This document shows positions 10,182 to 19,434 of a stretch of 64,000 bases of DNA, piece by piece. Source of the stretch: Candidatus Obscuribacterales bacterium (lineage in GTDB: Bacteria > Cyanobacteriota > Vampirovibrionia > Obscuribacterales > Obscuribacteraceae); contig JAIETF010000009.1 in assembly GCA_019745415.1 (NCBI GenBank), positions 64,503 through 128,502 of the forward strand. The letters are read 5' to 3'. The number at the start of each line of letters is the position of its first letter. The first letter of the stretch is position 1. The notes below the pieces were generated by a model that was not told where the DNA came from, did no database searches, and saw only the letters and a program-made list of their open reading frames with translations. The position numbers and the translations under genes are program-made.

Positions 10182-11768
10182 GTGGCAAAGCTTAACGAGA
10201 TTCCGCTTTATCCGGTGGCAGCCGGTATATTGCCGGTGCTGGTCACGTACAACATAAGAGGCGCCAATCATGTGGCTTTGCAAAATCTATTGCCGCCCCT
10301 AATTGTTTCAGCCTTACTAAGCGTAATTGTTTATGCCTTCTTCAGGCAACTTTGGACCAACCGAATAGACAATGCCCCCATCTGCGCCTGGCTTGCTCTG
10401 ACCACGCTTTTTGCCTTTACCTATGTTGTGATCGGCTTCGACTTCTGTTTGATGACCTTATCCATCAAAGATGCAGGGTTTGCCATAATAGCCGGACAAA
10501 TCTTCATTTCTCTAGCTGTGGCACTTACTCTGGCAATTATCTTCGCCCTCATTACTCAAAAAACCTGGCTAAAAAAAATCGATAGCTTAGTCTGCCGAGC
10601 CACCGGTTTTCTATTGATTTTGCAGCTAGTGGTGCTGTTCCAGCACGAGTTCAATTACTTCTTTGCTATTGAGCCGCAAGTGGCTATAGCTCAGGCAGAA
10701 ATGATGCCTAAAATAAAAACCAGCAAGACAACTAGCAGGCGCGACATCTATATGATTGTGCTTGATGAGATGGCTAGCCCTGAGGTACTCTCGCGTGTCT
10801 TTGCCTATGATAATTCAGACTTTGTCAGTCAACTGCGCCAGCGCGGTTTTCTCGTAGATGAGGCAAGCCTCAGCAACTACCCGCTCACCAGGCTCTCGCT
10901 TGCCTCTATCTTGAATATGAGTTATCTAGACTTTCTTGGCGACACCCAAACCAAACAAAATCAAAAAGACTATGCACCCACAACGCGCCTTCTACAAAGA
11001 AGCAACCTTGCTAAATTTCTGCAACAGCAAGGCTATGACTATATACATATCGGCTCAGAGATGCCGCCCACAGACAGCACTGTCATGGCTAATCAGAATA
11101 GATATCCGCTCATAGATGAGTTTTCTCTGCGATTCTGGCAATCGACCACACTTGGTCAGACACCGGGTTTCAGTAATTTTCTCGCGCATCTGCGCAGGAA
11201 ATCTAGACTGGACGCCATAAAATATCTAGAGATGGCCGATGCCGGCAAGAGACCCAAGTTTGTGCTATGCCATATTCTTTGCCCTCATGAACCTTTTGAT
11301 ATAAATGCCGACGGCAGCCCCCGCCAAGAGATCATGCCCAATCGAGTAGAAAGCGCCTGGGACGCAGAAGCGAGAAGCGCCTATCTAGGTCAGGTAAAAT
11401 TTATCGAGAAGAGAATACTTACCGCCATAGACAACATTATAGAGAAGAGCAAAAACCAACCGATAATTGTTTTGCAAGGCGACCATGGCACATATGCTGA
11501 AGACGAAATGGCTAAAGACTTTCCCAAAGAAGAACTTTACCAAGAGCGCTACGGTATTCTCAATGCCTATTTGGTGCCCTCTGATATGAAAGAAAAAATC
11601 TATCGCGGCATTACACCCGTCAACTCTTTCAGGGTAATTCTCTCCGAACTCTTTGGTGCCGATCTGCCGGCGCTTGCCGACAGGCAAATTTATGCCACCT
11701 ATGGTCAACCTTTCAAATTTCGCGACGTCAGCGATCGAGTGCGAAAGCTGCAAGCAGCTCTGAAGTAG
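10182..11768 (+). CDS. Polytopic membrane protein with C-terminal sulfatase / alkaline-phosphatase-superfamily domain (LTA-synthase or phosphotransferase-like)
   Basis: About five N-terminal TM helices. Motifs DIYMIVLDEMAS, CHILCPHEPF and VLQGDHG. The GTG start abuts the upstream stop. Confidence 0.6.
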   Translation: MAKLNEIPLYPVAAGILPVLVTYNIRGANHVALQNLLPPLIVSALLSVIVYAFFRQLWTNRIDNAPICAWLALTTLFAFTYVVIGFDFCLMTLSIKDAGFAIIAGQIFISLAVALTLAIIFALITQKTWLKKIDSLVCRATGFLLILQLVVLFQHEFNYFFAIEPQVAIAQAEMMPKIKTSKTTSRRDIYMIVLDEMASPEVLSRVFAYDNSDFVSQLRQRGFLVDEASLSNYPLTRLSLASILNMSYLDFLGDTQTKQNQKDYAPTTRLLQRSNLAKFLQQQGYDYIHIGSEMPPTDSTVMANQNRYPLIDEFSLRFWQSTTLGQTPGFSNFLAHLRRKSRLDAIKYLEMADAGKRPKFVLCHILCPHEPFDINADGSPRQEIMPNRVESAWDAEARSAYLGQVKFIEKRILTAIDNIIEKSKNQPIIVLQGDHGTYAEDEMAKDFPKEELYQERYGILNAYLVPSDMKEKIYRGITPVNSFRVILSELFGADLPALADRQIYATYGQPFKFRDVSDRVRKLQAALK

Positions 11769-11854
11769 GGCTACTTGAGTGCTCTATTAACTATACCTTG
11801 TAAACGCTTGGCTACAGCCCCTCCGAAACCAATTCGAAATTTTATCGAAAAGTC

Positions 11855-12364
11855 TTAACTTCTAGCGCCAAGAAGAAGTGATTTGAGCTTACCCGGACCA
11901 AGTACAGCATTCAGTTCGCGCCAAATGAACATCAAATAGAACACAAAAACAAGACAAAACAATCTCGTGCAATCCATGATTAATCTCTGCTGCATCGCCA
12001 CTTCAGCCGCATGCCGAGCGAAAATCTTCTCTTCTATTTGGCCGCCGATAAAGACGATAACAGCCAGACTCAATGCCTTCACTAAGGCAGATATGACTAT
12101 TGGACGCTTGTCCAGAGTATTCTTCATAAAAGGTAGGTTATGGCAAAGAAGAACAATTTTTCCCAAACCTAAAGCCTCTACCGCAGCCACCGTGTAACCG
12201 TGCACAAAGTCGTGAATACCCAGCTGAATCAAAATTAGCGACTTAACGGTAGCTAGAAAGGCAAAACAAATACCCAGATAGGAGGCAATGATTGAAAACT
12301 CACGCAGTTCTTCCTTGAGATGAGCTTTCGCTTCTTTTTTCTTCTCTTCTTTATCCGGCTTCAA
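11855..12364 (-). CDS. Hypothetical membrane protein
   Basis: 169-aa ORF with a TTG start, a Lys/Glu-rich N-terminus and about four TM helices. Confidence 0.4.
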   Translation of the reverse strand: MKPDKEEKKKEAKAHLKEELREFSIIASYLGICFAFLATVKSLILIQLGIHDFVHGYTVAAVEALGLGKIVLLCHNLPFMKNTLDKRPIVISALVKALSLAVIVFIGGQIEEKIFARHAAEVAMQQRLIMDCTRLFCLVFVFYLMFIWRELNAVLGPGKLKSLLLGARS

Positions 12365-12492
12365 TTGCTTGCCTTCCTTTTTCTATCGCTTATCTAAAAA
12401 CGACCCACAATCTTCACAATGATACTACAGTCAGTGCTATGACATCATCCAAAGGCATCAGAGGCTCCGGCGACTTAACCACCCAAAAGCCC

Positions 12493-12523
12493 AAACAGTT
12501 AATCAACAGTTGATTAACTGTTT
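12493..12523. promoter_or_regulatory. Perfect 31-bp palindrome (15-bp arms, 1-nt centre) in a divergent intergenic region; candidate operator
   Basis: AAACAGTTAATCAAC-A-GTTGATTAACTGTTT. It ends 65 nt before the ATG at 12589 and starts 128 nt from the start of the minus-strand gene at 12364. Confidence 0.5.
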
Positions 12524-12588
12524 AGCTCCTACCTGCGATTGTCAGGTACTGCCTATACTAGCAAAACAACCAATCTGATGGTGACAAA

Positions 12589-13542
12589 ATGAAAGCTGCG
12601 CCGCCAATGCAAGAATTTGCCGCCATGTTCTGGAATGATCTAACATGCGCGTTCTCACTGAACCAGTGGAGAAACTGCCTGCAAAAGCTGTCCAAGGTAA
12701 ACAGAAGAGTGCTTTTTTCAAATCTAGTTGCAATAATTCCGCAAATAGCAGTTTTCTATGCTCTACTTTCACCGGCTGTGGCTAGCCCGCTCTACAACAA
12801 AATTCTCTTCTATCCAAGCAAAGAACACGCATTTGCGGTAGAAAGTCTGGCCGGCACCGCCAAAGAAAACATCTTTATAGCGTCAGGGGGCGAGAAACTA
12901 AACGCCTGGTTATTTGACAAAACCGGGGCTAAGGGTACGGTATTGATAAGCCACGGCAATGCCGGCAATATCTCACATCGCATACCGATAATCGAATACT
13001 TCCTCTCTCAAAATTTTTCTGTGCTGGCGTACGACTATCAAGGTTATGGCTTGAGCACAGGTGAGCCGGGCATCGACAAAATATGCCAAGACGGACTAGC
13101 CGCCTATGATTACCTTAGCAAAGAAAGAAAAATCCCCCCAGAAAAAATCGTACTTTTCGGTGAATCACTGGGCGGAGGCGTCAGCGCTCATATCGCCGGC
13201 AATAGAGAAGCGGCAGCCATAGTTCTACAGTCTACATTCTCTTCTTTGCCCCATGTGGCGCGCTCTAAGATGCTTCTTATGCGAGCCTATCCAAACTTTC
13301 TCTTTCCCAAAAACAAAATGGACTCAGCTAAGATCCTCGCTGGAGCGCATCCACCGCTCCTCATCATTCACGGTACAGGCGATGGCATCATTCCATGCAA
13401 AGAAAGCAAGCTTATCTATGAAAAAGCAGCAGAACCCAAAAAACTTTTACTGATAGAAGGTGGCGGTCATAATGACCTCTTTTATGAGTACAAAGATGAA
13501 ACACTGAAAGGGCTGAGCGAGTTTCTCAAGAACGGTTTTTGA
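12589..13542 (+). CDS. Alpha/beta hydrolase (Bem46/ABHD13-like)
   Basis: Nucleophile elbow GESLGGG, then IIHGTGDGIIP and GGGHND. N-terminal hydrophobic segment. Confidence 0.8.
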   Translation: MKAAPPMQEFAAMFWNDLTCAFSLNQWRNCLQKLSKVNRRVLFSNLVAIIPQIAVFYALLSPAVASPLYNKILFYPSKEHAFAVESLAGTAKENIFIASGGEKLNAWLFDKTGAKGTVLISHGNAGNISHRIPIIEYFLSQNFSVLAYDYQGYGLSTGEPGIDKICQDGLAAYDYLSKERKIPPEKIVLFGESLGGGVSAHIAGNREAAAIVLQSTFSSLPHVARSKMLLMRAYPNFLFPKNKMDSAKILAGAHPPLLIIHGTGDGIIPCKESKLIYEKAAEPKKLLLIEGGGHNDLFYEYKDETLKGLSEFLKNGF

Positions 13543-13569
13543 ATCTTAGAAAAACCAGAGTTGGATATT

Positions 13570-13920
13570 CTAAAGGTCATCTGAAATCCAGAGAACTTCC
13601 CGCATCACCGGCTTAAACTCGGACATAAAGAGCTGATAGGCAATTCTGGCATCAATACCGTCATCTTCGCCGCCTCTGACACAAACACAAGTCGTGCCCT
13701 TGCCTACCGAACAGCCTGTATAAAGCTCAAAATAGAGATTGCTGCCGGCAAAGCTAACGGCGGCAAAGTTATCAACCAAAGGTTCGTCGACAATCTGAGC
13801 AAACTCAATCTTATACCGCTGCGCAATCTGCTCAGGTGTTAGAGCCAGAGTCAACAAATACTCCCGCGGCAAAGCTCGGGCTTTAAGCACGGCAAAGTCA
13901 ACTTGAGTAAAATCGCGCAA
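13570..13920 (-). CDS. Hypothetical protein
   Basis: 116-aa ORF with a TTG start, downstream of 13977-14714 on the same strand. No family recognised. Confidence 0.35.
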   Translation of the reverse strand: MRDFTQVDFAVLKARALPREYLLTLALTPEQIAQRYKIEFAQIVDEPLVDNFAAVSFAGSNLYFELYTGCSVGKGTTCVCVRGGEDDGIDARIAYQLFMSEFKPVMREVLWISDDL

Positions 13921-13976
13921 ACTGCTTCTCCAGACAAGAAAGCTAAACCATAGAAAAGGACAGTGCCCCTAGAATA

Positions 13977-14714
13977 TCAATAATTACTTCCGGCCAGGGT
14001 ATCATCATTCAAAAACTTGGCAATAATCTCTTCTTCCACTACGGCAAAGTCTGCTTGCGGCGCTACACAAGTCGAATTAATCACCCTTGAACCCGGAGAA
14101 TTTTCGACAACTGCGCTATGCAAAACTCCCTGCCACTTAGGCGTTTCTTTCGAGTAAGCAGTGCAGCTATTGTTGACCACCAAAATCTGATAGGTTCCAG
14201 CATCAAAGCAGTCAATGTCCCAGGCAAAGTCCGCCAGTTCAGCTAGCCCCCGCTCATACGCCTGTGTATACATAGGATTGAAATCCTCCAGAAACTGCTC
14301 GGGCGTGATGCCGCGGGCGACGGAACGTGCCGAATAATCATACATAGAAAGGCGACTCTTCACCTCGCTAGGCTCATACCCGAGTATCAACAAAGACTCG
14401 GCAGGAGCCGCATCGCGATGGGGCTTGGTTGTATTCTTCTGGTCGAAGCGAATCATATTGAACCATTCCAGAGGCAGTCCACGGGCGGCAGAGTGTAGGG
14501 CGGAAAGACCCTCCTTAAGAGCAACCATCATACGCCGCTGCTTTTGAGAACCGAAATCGGCTGGAAGCATTATAAGGGCGAAGCCGCAAGAACTGTGGTC
14601 AGTACGACAAACCAGATTGAAAACCTGAGCTGAGAGTGCAGCCATATCAAATTCTCGGTCAGCCAACTGAGGGTCTGCCGAATAAAACTGCGACTCAATC
14701 AAATACGCTTCCAT
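13977..14714 (-). CDS. Hypothetical protein, possible HxD...H metal site (cupin / 2OG-oxygenase-like)
   Basis: 245-aa ORF with KPHRD followed by LLILGY, and a distal GVLHSA. Weak resemblance only. Confidence 0.45.
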   Translation of the reverse strand: MEAYLIESQFYSADPQLADREFDMAALSAQVFNLVCRTDHSSCGFALIMLPADFGSQKQRRMMVALKEGLSALHSAARGLPLEWFNMIRFDQKNTTKPHRDAAPAESLLILGYEPSEVKSRLSMYDYSARSVARGITPEQFLEDFNPMYTQAYERGLAELADFAWDIDCFDAGTYQILVVNNSCTAYSKETPKWQGVLHSAVVENSPGSRVINSTCVAPQADFAVVEEEIIAKFLNDDTLAGSNY

Positions 14715-14900
14715 GGCTCGGCGGCTCCCTCTCGCTAATCTATATTAAATACCAACGAGATTCGAGATTAACGACTCGATTACAAAATCTCATTATTCTA
14801 GCGTCTATACCACCTCACTTTTCTAACCCCCTAAAGCTCCAGGCACGAACAGACCCTTAAGAGGGGTCTTCTCAGGCTGAGCAGTTACCAGGTTATCGCC

Positions 14901-15842
14901 ATGACTGAAAAGCAAAACATTGCAGAAAAGCCCGCCCAAGCTGCCGATTCGCAAAAAGAAAGCACTTCGCGAATTCTTTTTGACGACATAGATAGCGGCA
15001 AGACAATCGGTAGATTCACCCATGCCGACGCCAAAGCCTGCAAAACCAATCCGGAAGAAGGCACGGTGCCCACCCTGATGCCTGGTAAAAACAGCAACGG
15101 CTGCGATTTCAAAGGCATGAAAGACCTGCCCAAAGATCTCAAACATCTAGACTTTCCAGATATCTATAACAAAGCCGCCGAGAGCACTGTGCGCATAGAC
15201 TCGACCATGACCGACCCTCACGACAAGAAAGGACGCTACAAACAAGAAGGTCCAGCCGGAACCGGCGCCATTATAGGCAAAGATGTGGAAAAGGGTGAAT
15301 GTCTTGTCGCCACAGCTAATCATGTAATCAATGGCGGTAAAGAAGTAAACATCTCAAACATCAAGGCAGTCAGTGCCGACGGCAAGAAATATGACACCGA
15401 AGTGCGCTATACCGAACCCAAGAAAGATACTGCAGTAATTGCCATGAAGACCGGCGCAGACACTGAAAAAGTTTGCAAACCATTCACCGCTGTTCAAGAC
15501 GTCAACGATGAAGCCGGCAAAGGCAAAAACGTAGTAGCGCTGGGCTTTCCACAGGGCTCTCGCGCCCTCTATGCCTCCCCAGGCAAATCAGACGGCATCA
15601 GACCAATGCGCGAAGATATGAGCCCTCGCAATATTAGAGAACTGGGACTGGAGCCGGACGCCAGTCAGCTTAAGGTAAAAAACCATATCAAAGGCGGTCA
15701 ATCGGGCGGTCCGGTTGTTACCTCCGAGGGTCGCCTGGCAGGCTTGAATCAATCGGGACCAGACGGTTACACCCGAGACAGCTATGCCGTGCCTCTCGAT
15801 CAAAGACGTGTAGATGAACTCTTGGCTAAGTCGCGCCGATAA
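14901..15842 (+). CDS. Trypsin-like serine protease
   Basis: Catalytic triad contexts ATANHVI (His), DTAVIAM (Asp) and GGQSGGPV (Ser). Paralog of 2-400. No obvious signal peptide. Confidence 0.8.
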   Translation: MTEKQNIAEKPAQAADSQKESTSRILFDDIDSGKTIGRFTHADAKACKTNPEEGTVPTLMPGKNSNGCDFKGMKDLPKDLKHLDFPDIYNKAAESTVRIDSTMTDPHDKKGRYKQEGPAGTGAIIGKDVEKGECLVATANHVINGGKEVNISNIKAVSADGKKYDTEVRYTEPKKDTAVIAMKTGADTEKVCKPFTAVQDVNDEAGKGKNVVALGFPQGSRALYASPGKSDGIRPMREDMSPRNIRELGLEPDASQLKVKNHIKGGQSGGPVVTSEGRLAGLNQSGPDGYTRDSYAVPLDQRRVDELLAKSRR

Positions 15843-15866
15843 GCAAAACGAAAAACCAAAGACCGA

Positions 15867-16787
15867 CTAAGCCGAAGGTGCGACAGGACTGCCACTAGCA
15901 GCCGCTCCACCTTCGGCTTTAGATTCACCCTCTATATGTTGCAGAAAGAGAATACCGCGCGCAAGAAAGAGGCAATCGATAAAAGAGAGGACGCTCGCCA
16001 AGAGAGCATAATAAAGACTGGACATGCCGAGTTGCCAATTTGTATTGAATTCGAATTTCAGATAATGGGCAAAAAGTTCGGCAGTAACAACAGCAATACC
16101 AAATGCAAAAATCAGAAAATATGCCAAACCGGAGAGCAGACTAAAGGTCCAGGCGAACTGCAAGGCTCGCTCCCTGGAATATTGGAAGCTCTTCCACATG
16201 GCGCTAACTGGATTCATAGAGCGGGTAAAAACAAGCGCTAGAGTCAAATCTGCACGAACTGCAAGCAAGACATAGAACATCGCAAGCAAGCCAAAGAACC
16301 CAGCCGAGCCCTTTGAAAAGGTCAATACAGCAAGGGTCCATAGGAAAGTAAAAAACACGGAAGGGGTCGAAACCACAAGCTGAGATTTTTGATCAGAACG
16401 TAACTGCTCAGGCAGACACCAGAGATAGGAAAAGGAGAGAAGCGGATATAAAAGCCGAAAGCCATACTCTGAAACTTCAGTGATTACTTCTGATTCCGCT
16501 GCCGCTGGAAAGAAATAGGGCAAATAACTAAGAGCCCAAAAAGCAGCAGCAAAGAAGGGGATATGCCACCAGCGACGCCTAAAGAGCATTATTGCAGTGC
16601 GCCAGCTTTGCCCCTGCAATTCTTTAAGAAACCCCGGTAAAGACTTATCTTTACGCCTTCTAGCATGCCAAAAAAAGCAGAAAGGCAAGAAGAGAGACCA
16701 GAGAGTCCAAAGTGCTGTACCGATCCTACAAATATCCCGAACCGTGTCATAGCCATAATCTGCCACGGCTAGGGCGTCAGACGGCAT
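15867..16787 (-). CDS. Hypothetical polytopic membrane protein
   Basis: 306-aa ORF with at least seven hydrophobic helices. Convergent with the protease gene, 24-bp gap. Confidence 0.5.
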   Translation of the reverse strand: MPSDALAVADYGYDTVRDICRIGTALWTLWSLFLPFCFFWHARRRKDKSLPGFLKELQGQSWRTAIMLFRRRWWHIPFFAAAFWALSYLPYFFPAAAESEVITEVSEYGFRLLYPLLSFSYLWCLPEQLRSDQKSQLVVSTPSVFFTFLWTLAVLTFSKGSAGFFGLLAMFYVLLAVRADLTLALVFTRSMNPVSAMWKSFQYSRERALQFAWTFSLLSGLAYFLIFAFGIAVVTAELFAHYLKFEFNTNWQLGMSSLYYALLASVLSFIDCLFLARGILFLQHIEGESKAEGGAAASGSPVAPSA

Positions 16788-16974
16788 CAGCGAAACCCAG
16801 AGTCAAATTTACGAGACAAGTGAAGGCTAGCAATATATGAAATCTCAAAGGTACTACTAACATCTATGCTAGCAAATCAATCGTTCTGAGCTCAATGCCA
16901 AAAGAAAAGGAAAAGGAAAAGACTACCAGTCTAGCTTGCCTAGAGCAGCTGCTATAGCAAAGGACGCCTCTATA

Positions 16975-18312
16975 TCAAGCTTTGAATCTATCTTTGAGCT
17001 TGAGAAAAGGCTTTTCAATCAAGAAATAAGAGAAGCTCGCCAGCCCCAGACAAAGTGAGTATTTCACCAAATCGACATGGTCGGTTAAATGCGGCTGGCA
17101 CTTGATCAAGACCTCATAAATTTGATCGGTGGCAAGGCAATGCCACAAATAAAGACTATAAGAAAGCCTTCCTAGAAAAGCCACCAGGCTATTCGAGAGC
17201 AGCCAATGCACCGGTGAGTTTTGATTGGCGCACTTAAACAGTGAGAGCAAAAGCGCCGTGGTCACAAGCGAATGCAAAGGCAACTTCAACATCCACCAAT
17301 TCAAAATGCCATTGGGATTGCGACTAAAGATGCGCTCGGGATGCCCAATCTTCAAAGTGGAATAAACAAAGCCGGCAAACAAAAGCACAACCACAAGCCA
17401 ATGTACGCTCAGCTTGGTAAAGCGCGGGAAAGCCTCTTTGTAGTGCAGCAAGACGGCACTGGCGGCACCAAGCAAAAGCCCATCAAGATGGGTGTCGAAT
17501 CCGGCAAAGAGACGCACCGAAGTAGCGTAGCAAAGATAATGTATAGATCGGTAAGCAACCATGGTCAAAAAGGCAGCAACAAATAAGATAAAAAGATTTC
17601 TGGCCTCACGGTTCTGGTCTAGCCCGGTTAGCCGAGAACGCCAAGCCAAAAGCACCAATGGCAGTATCAAATAGAATTTCTCTTCTATACCCAGTGTCCA
17701 TGTATGAACCAAGGGCATAGCATCAAGATTGACAGGAATAAAATGAGTAACAAGCAAGATATCGAAGCAAGAAAAAGCCGCCACTAAAGCGTAAGGAAGC
17801 CCTGCCCCGAAGGCACAGGCGACGACAAGAAAAACAAGCAAAGCTGGGGCGATTCGCAGAATGCGACGAGCCCAGAAATATTTGAGGTTGAGGGTACCGG
17901 TTTTGCCAAGCTCAGACAGACAGAGTTTGGTAATGAGAAATCCGCTGATGACAAAAAATGTTTCGACGCCTACCCAACCGCTCGAACCAAAGAAGGAGTG
18001 AAGACAATTGCTTACTTGATGAAAACCAAGCACGGGCAAAATCGCCAAAGCCCGAAGACCATCCAGAAAAAGAATCTTCTTCTCGGACTCCTTTGCACCG
18101 GAGTTCAAACTTGCCCTTGAGTCGATCGGCTTATCTAACAGCGCAGACGCAGAAGCACGAGAAGCGGCTCCAGAAGCAGCTTCATCTGCCATGAGAGTTT
18201 GTCTGTCACCTTGCGCCGCTAACACCTGAACCTCCGAGGAAGTCAAGGCTAACATGCAGAGTCTAACTATACCTTTATCGTTATTAACTATCGAGCTTGC
18301 TTGAGAAAGCAT
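16975..18312 (-). CDS. Acyltransferase family 3 (OafA/YrhL-like) membrane O-acyltransferase
   Basis: FLDGLRALAILPVLGFH motif plus about ten TM helices and LGRLSYSLYLWH. Last gene of the nonulosonate operon. Start uncertain (M1, M20 or M41). Confidence 0.8.
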   Translation of the reverse strand: MLSQASSIVNNDKGIVRLCMLALTSSEVQVLAAQGDRQTLMADEAASGAASRASASALLDKPIDSRASLNSGAKESEKKILFLDGLRALAILPVLGFHQVSNCLHSFFGSSGWVGVETFFVISGFLITKLCLSELGKTGTLNLKYFWARRILRIAPALLVFLVVACAFGAGLPYALVAAFSCFDILLVTHFIPVNLDAMPLVHTWTLGIEEKFYLILPLVLLAWRSRLTGLDQNREARNLFILFVAAFLTMVAYRSIHYLCYATSVRLFAGFDTHLDGLLLGAASAVLLHYKEAFPRFTKLSVHWLVVVLLFAGFVYSTLKIGHPERIFSRNPNGILNWWMLKLPLHSLVTTALLLSLFKCANQNSPVHWLLSNSLVAFLGRLSYSLYLWHCLATDQIYEVLIKCQPHLTDHVDLVKYSLCLGLASFSYFLIEKPFLKLKDRFKA

Positions 18313-18369
18313 ACCGGCGGCGATACCGCCTCCAATTTCAAAGAAAGCATCAGCTGCTTACTGGAAGGA

Positions 18370-19434
18370 CTAAGTCAAAGGCTCGTCTATAGGCGCTTCC
18401 AACTCATAGTCCGCCAGTGCGGCTCTGCCAAGCAAGCCACCAAATTGCCGAGGTGACATCTTGCCGAGAGGGCGTTTCACCACAATATTTTCCACACTGA
18501 AAATATCGCCTTTCTTTATCGGCTTTCTAGCAAAGACTCCTTTGCGCACCAACTTGGCAGTTTCCGGCTCGCTAGCCACCGGCTCTTTGTTAGGCGAGCC
18601 AAGCGCCACTTCCACATTGCGAATCATCTGCACCAGACGGGCAAAATCAGCAGGCTCCATCGAAGCCATATGGTCCGGTCCCGGCAGGTCTCTAGATGTG
18701 GTGACATGTTTTTCGATCACCCTCGCCCCCATCGCCACGGCGGCAAGAGCCACTTCCAGACCAGCTGAATGATCAGACAATCCAGTGACAAGACCAAAAC
18801 GCTCGATCAAGGTTGAGATGCAACGCAAATTGATAAACTCAAGAGGGCAAGGATAAATGCTTGTACAATGCAAGACCGAAACACGGCTGTGCAAATCTTT
18901 TCGTACCAAGTCGTTATAGACCAAGTCACCACTACCGGCGATATCATGGTAAGACGCATAAAGGTCAAGTAATGCCGACTCGACATCTTCTAATGTCGAC
19001 ATACCGGTAGAAAGAATGCAGGGCTTGCCGGTGTGCGCGATGGCAGCAAGCAAGGGCGTATTGGTAATTTCCCCCGAAGCGATCTTATAGCGCCGCACAC
19101 CGCACTTTTCTAAAAGCCCAACAGCCTCTACGTCAAAAGGGGTGGAAAGAAACTCAATCTCATTGAGGCGGCAAAATTCAGCCAATTGCAAATGAGCCTC
19201 TTCGCTCAGTTCCAAGCCCTTGAGCAGAGCATGCTGCGAAGCGTCGGAGCCGGTATTTTGTTTTTGATATTCGGCACGGGATGCCGCCTTTGTCACCAGA
19301 CGATCAGCACTAAAGGTCTGAAACTTAACGGCGTCGGCGCCCGCTTCTTTCGAATGCAGAACCAGCTCTTTAGCCAAATCCATTGAACCGTTATGGTTGA
19401 CCCCTATCTCAGCAATGATAAAGCACTCAGACAT
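18370..19434 (-). CDS. neuB: NeuB-family nonulosonic acid synthase (N-acetylneuraminate / legionaminate synthase)
   Basis: CFIIAEIGVNHNGSMDLAKELV...GADAVKFQTF, with a C-terminal SAF-like domain. Overlaps the upstream gene by 8 nt. Confidence 0.9.
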   Translation of the reverse strand: MSECFIIAEIGVNHNGSMDLAKELVLHSKEAGADAVKFQTFSADRLVTKAASRAEYQKQNTGSDASQHALLKGLELSEEAHLQLAEFCRLNEIEFLSTPFDVEAVGLLEKCGVRRYKIASGEITNTPLLAAIAHTGKPCILSTGMSTLEDVESALLDLYASYHDIAGSGDLVYNDLVRKDLHSRVSVLHCTSIYPCPLEFINLRCISTLIERFGLVTGLSDHSAGLEVALAAVAMGARVIEKHVTTSRDLPGPDHMASMEPADFARLVQMIRNVEVALGSPNKEPVASEPETAKLVRKGVFARKPIKKGDIFSVENIVVKRPLGKMSPRQFGGLLGRAALADYELEAPIDEPLT

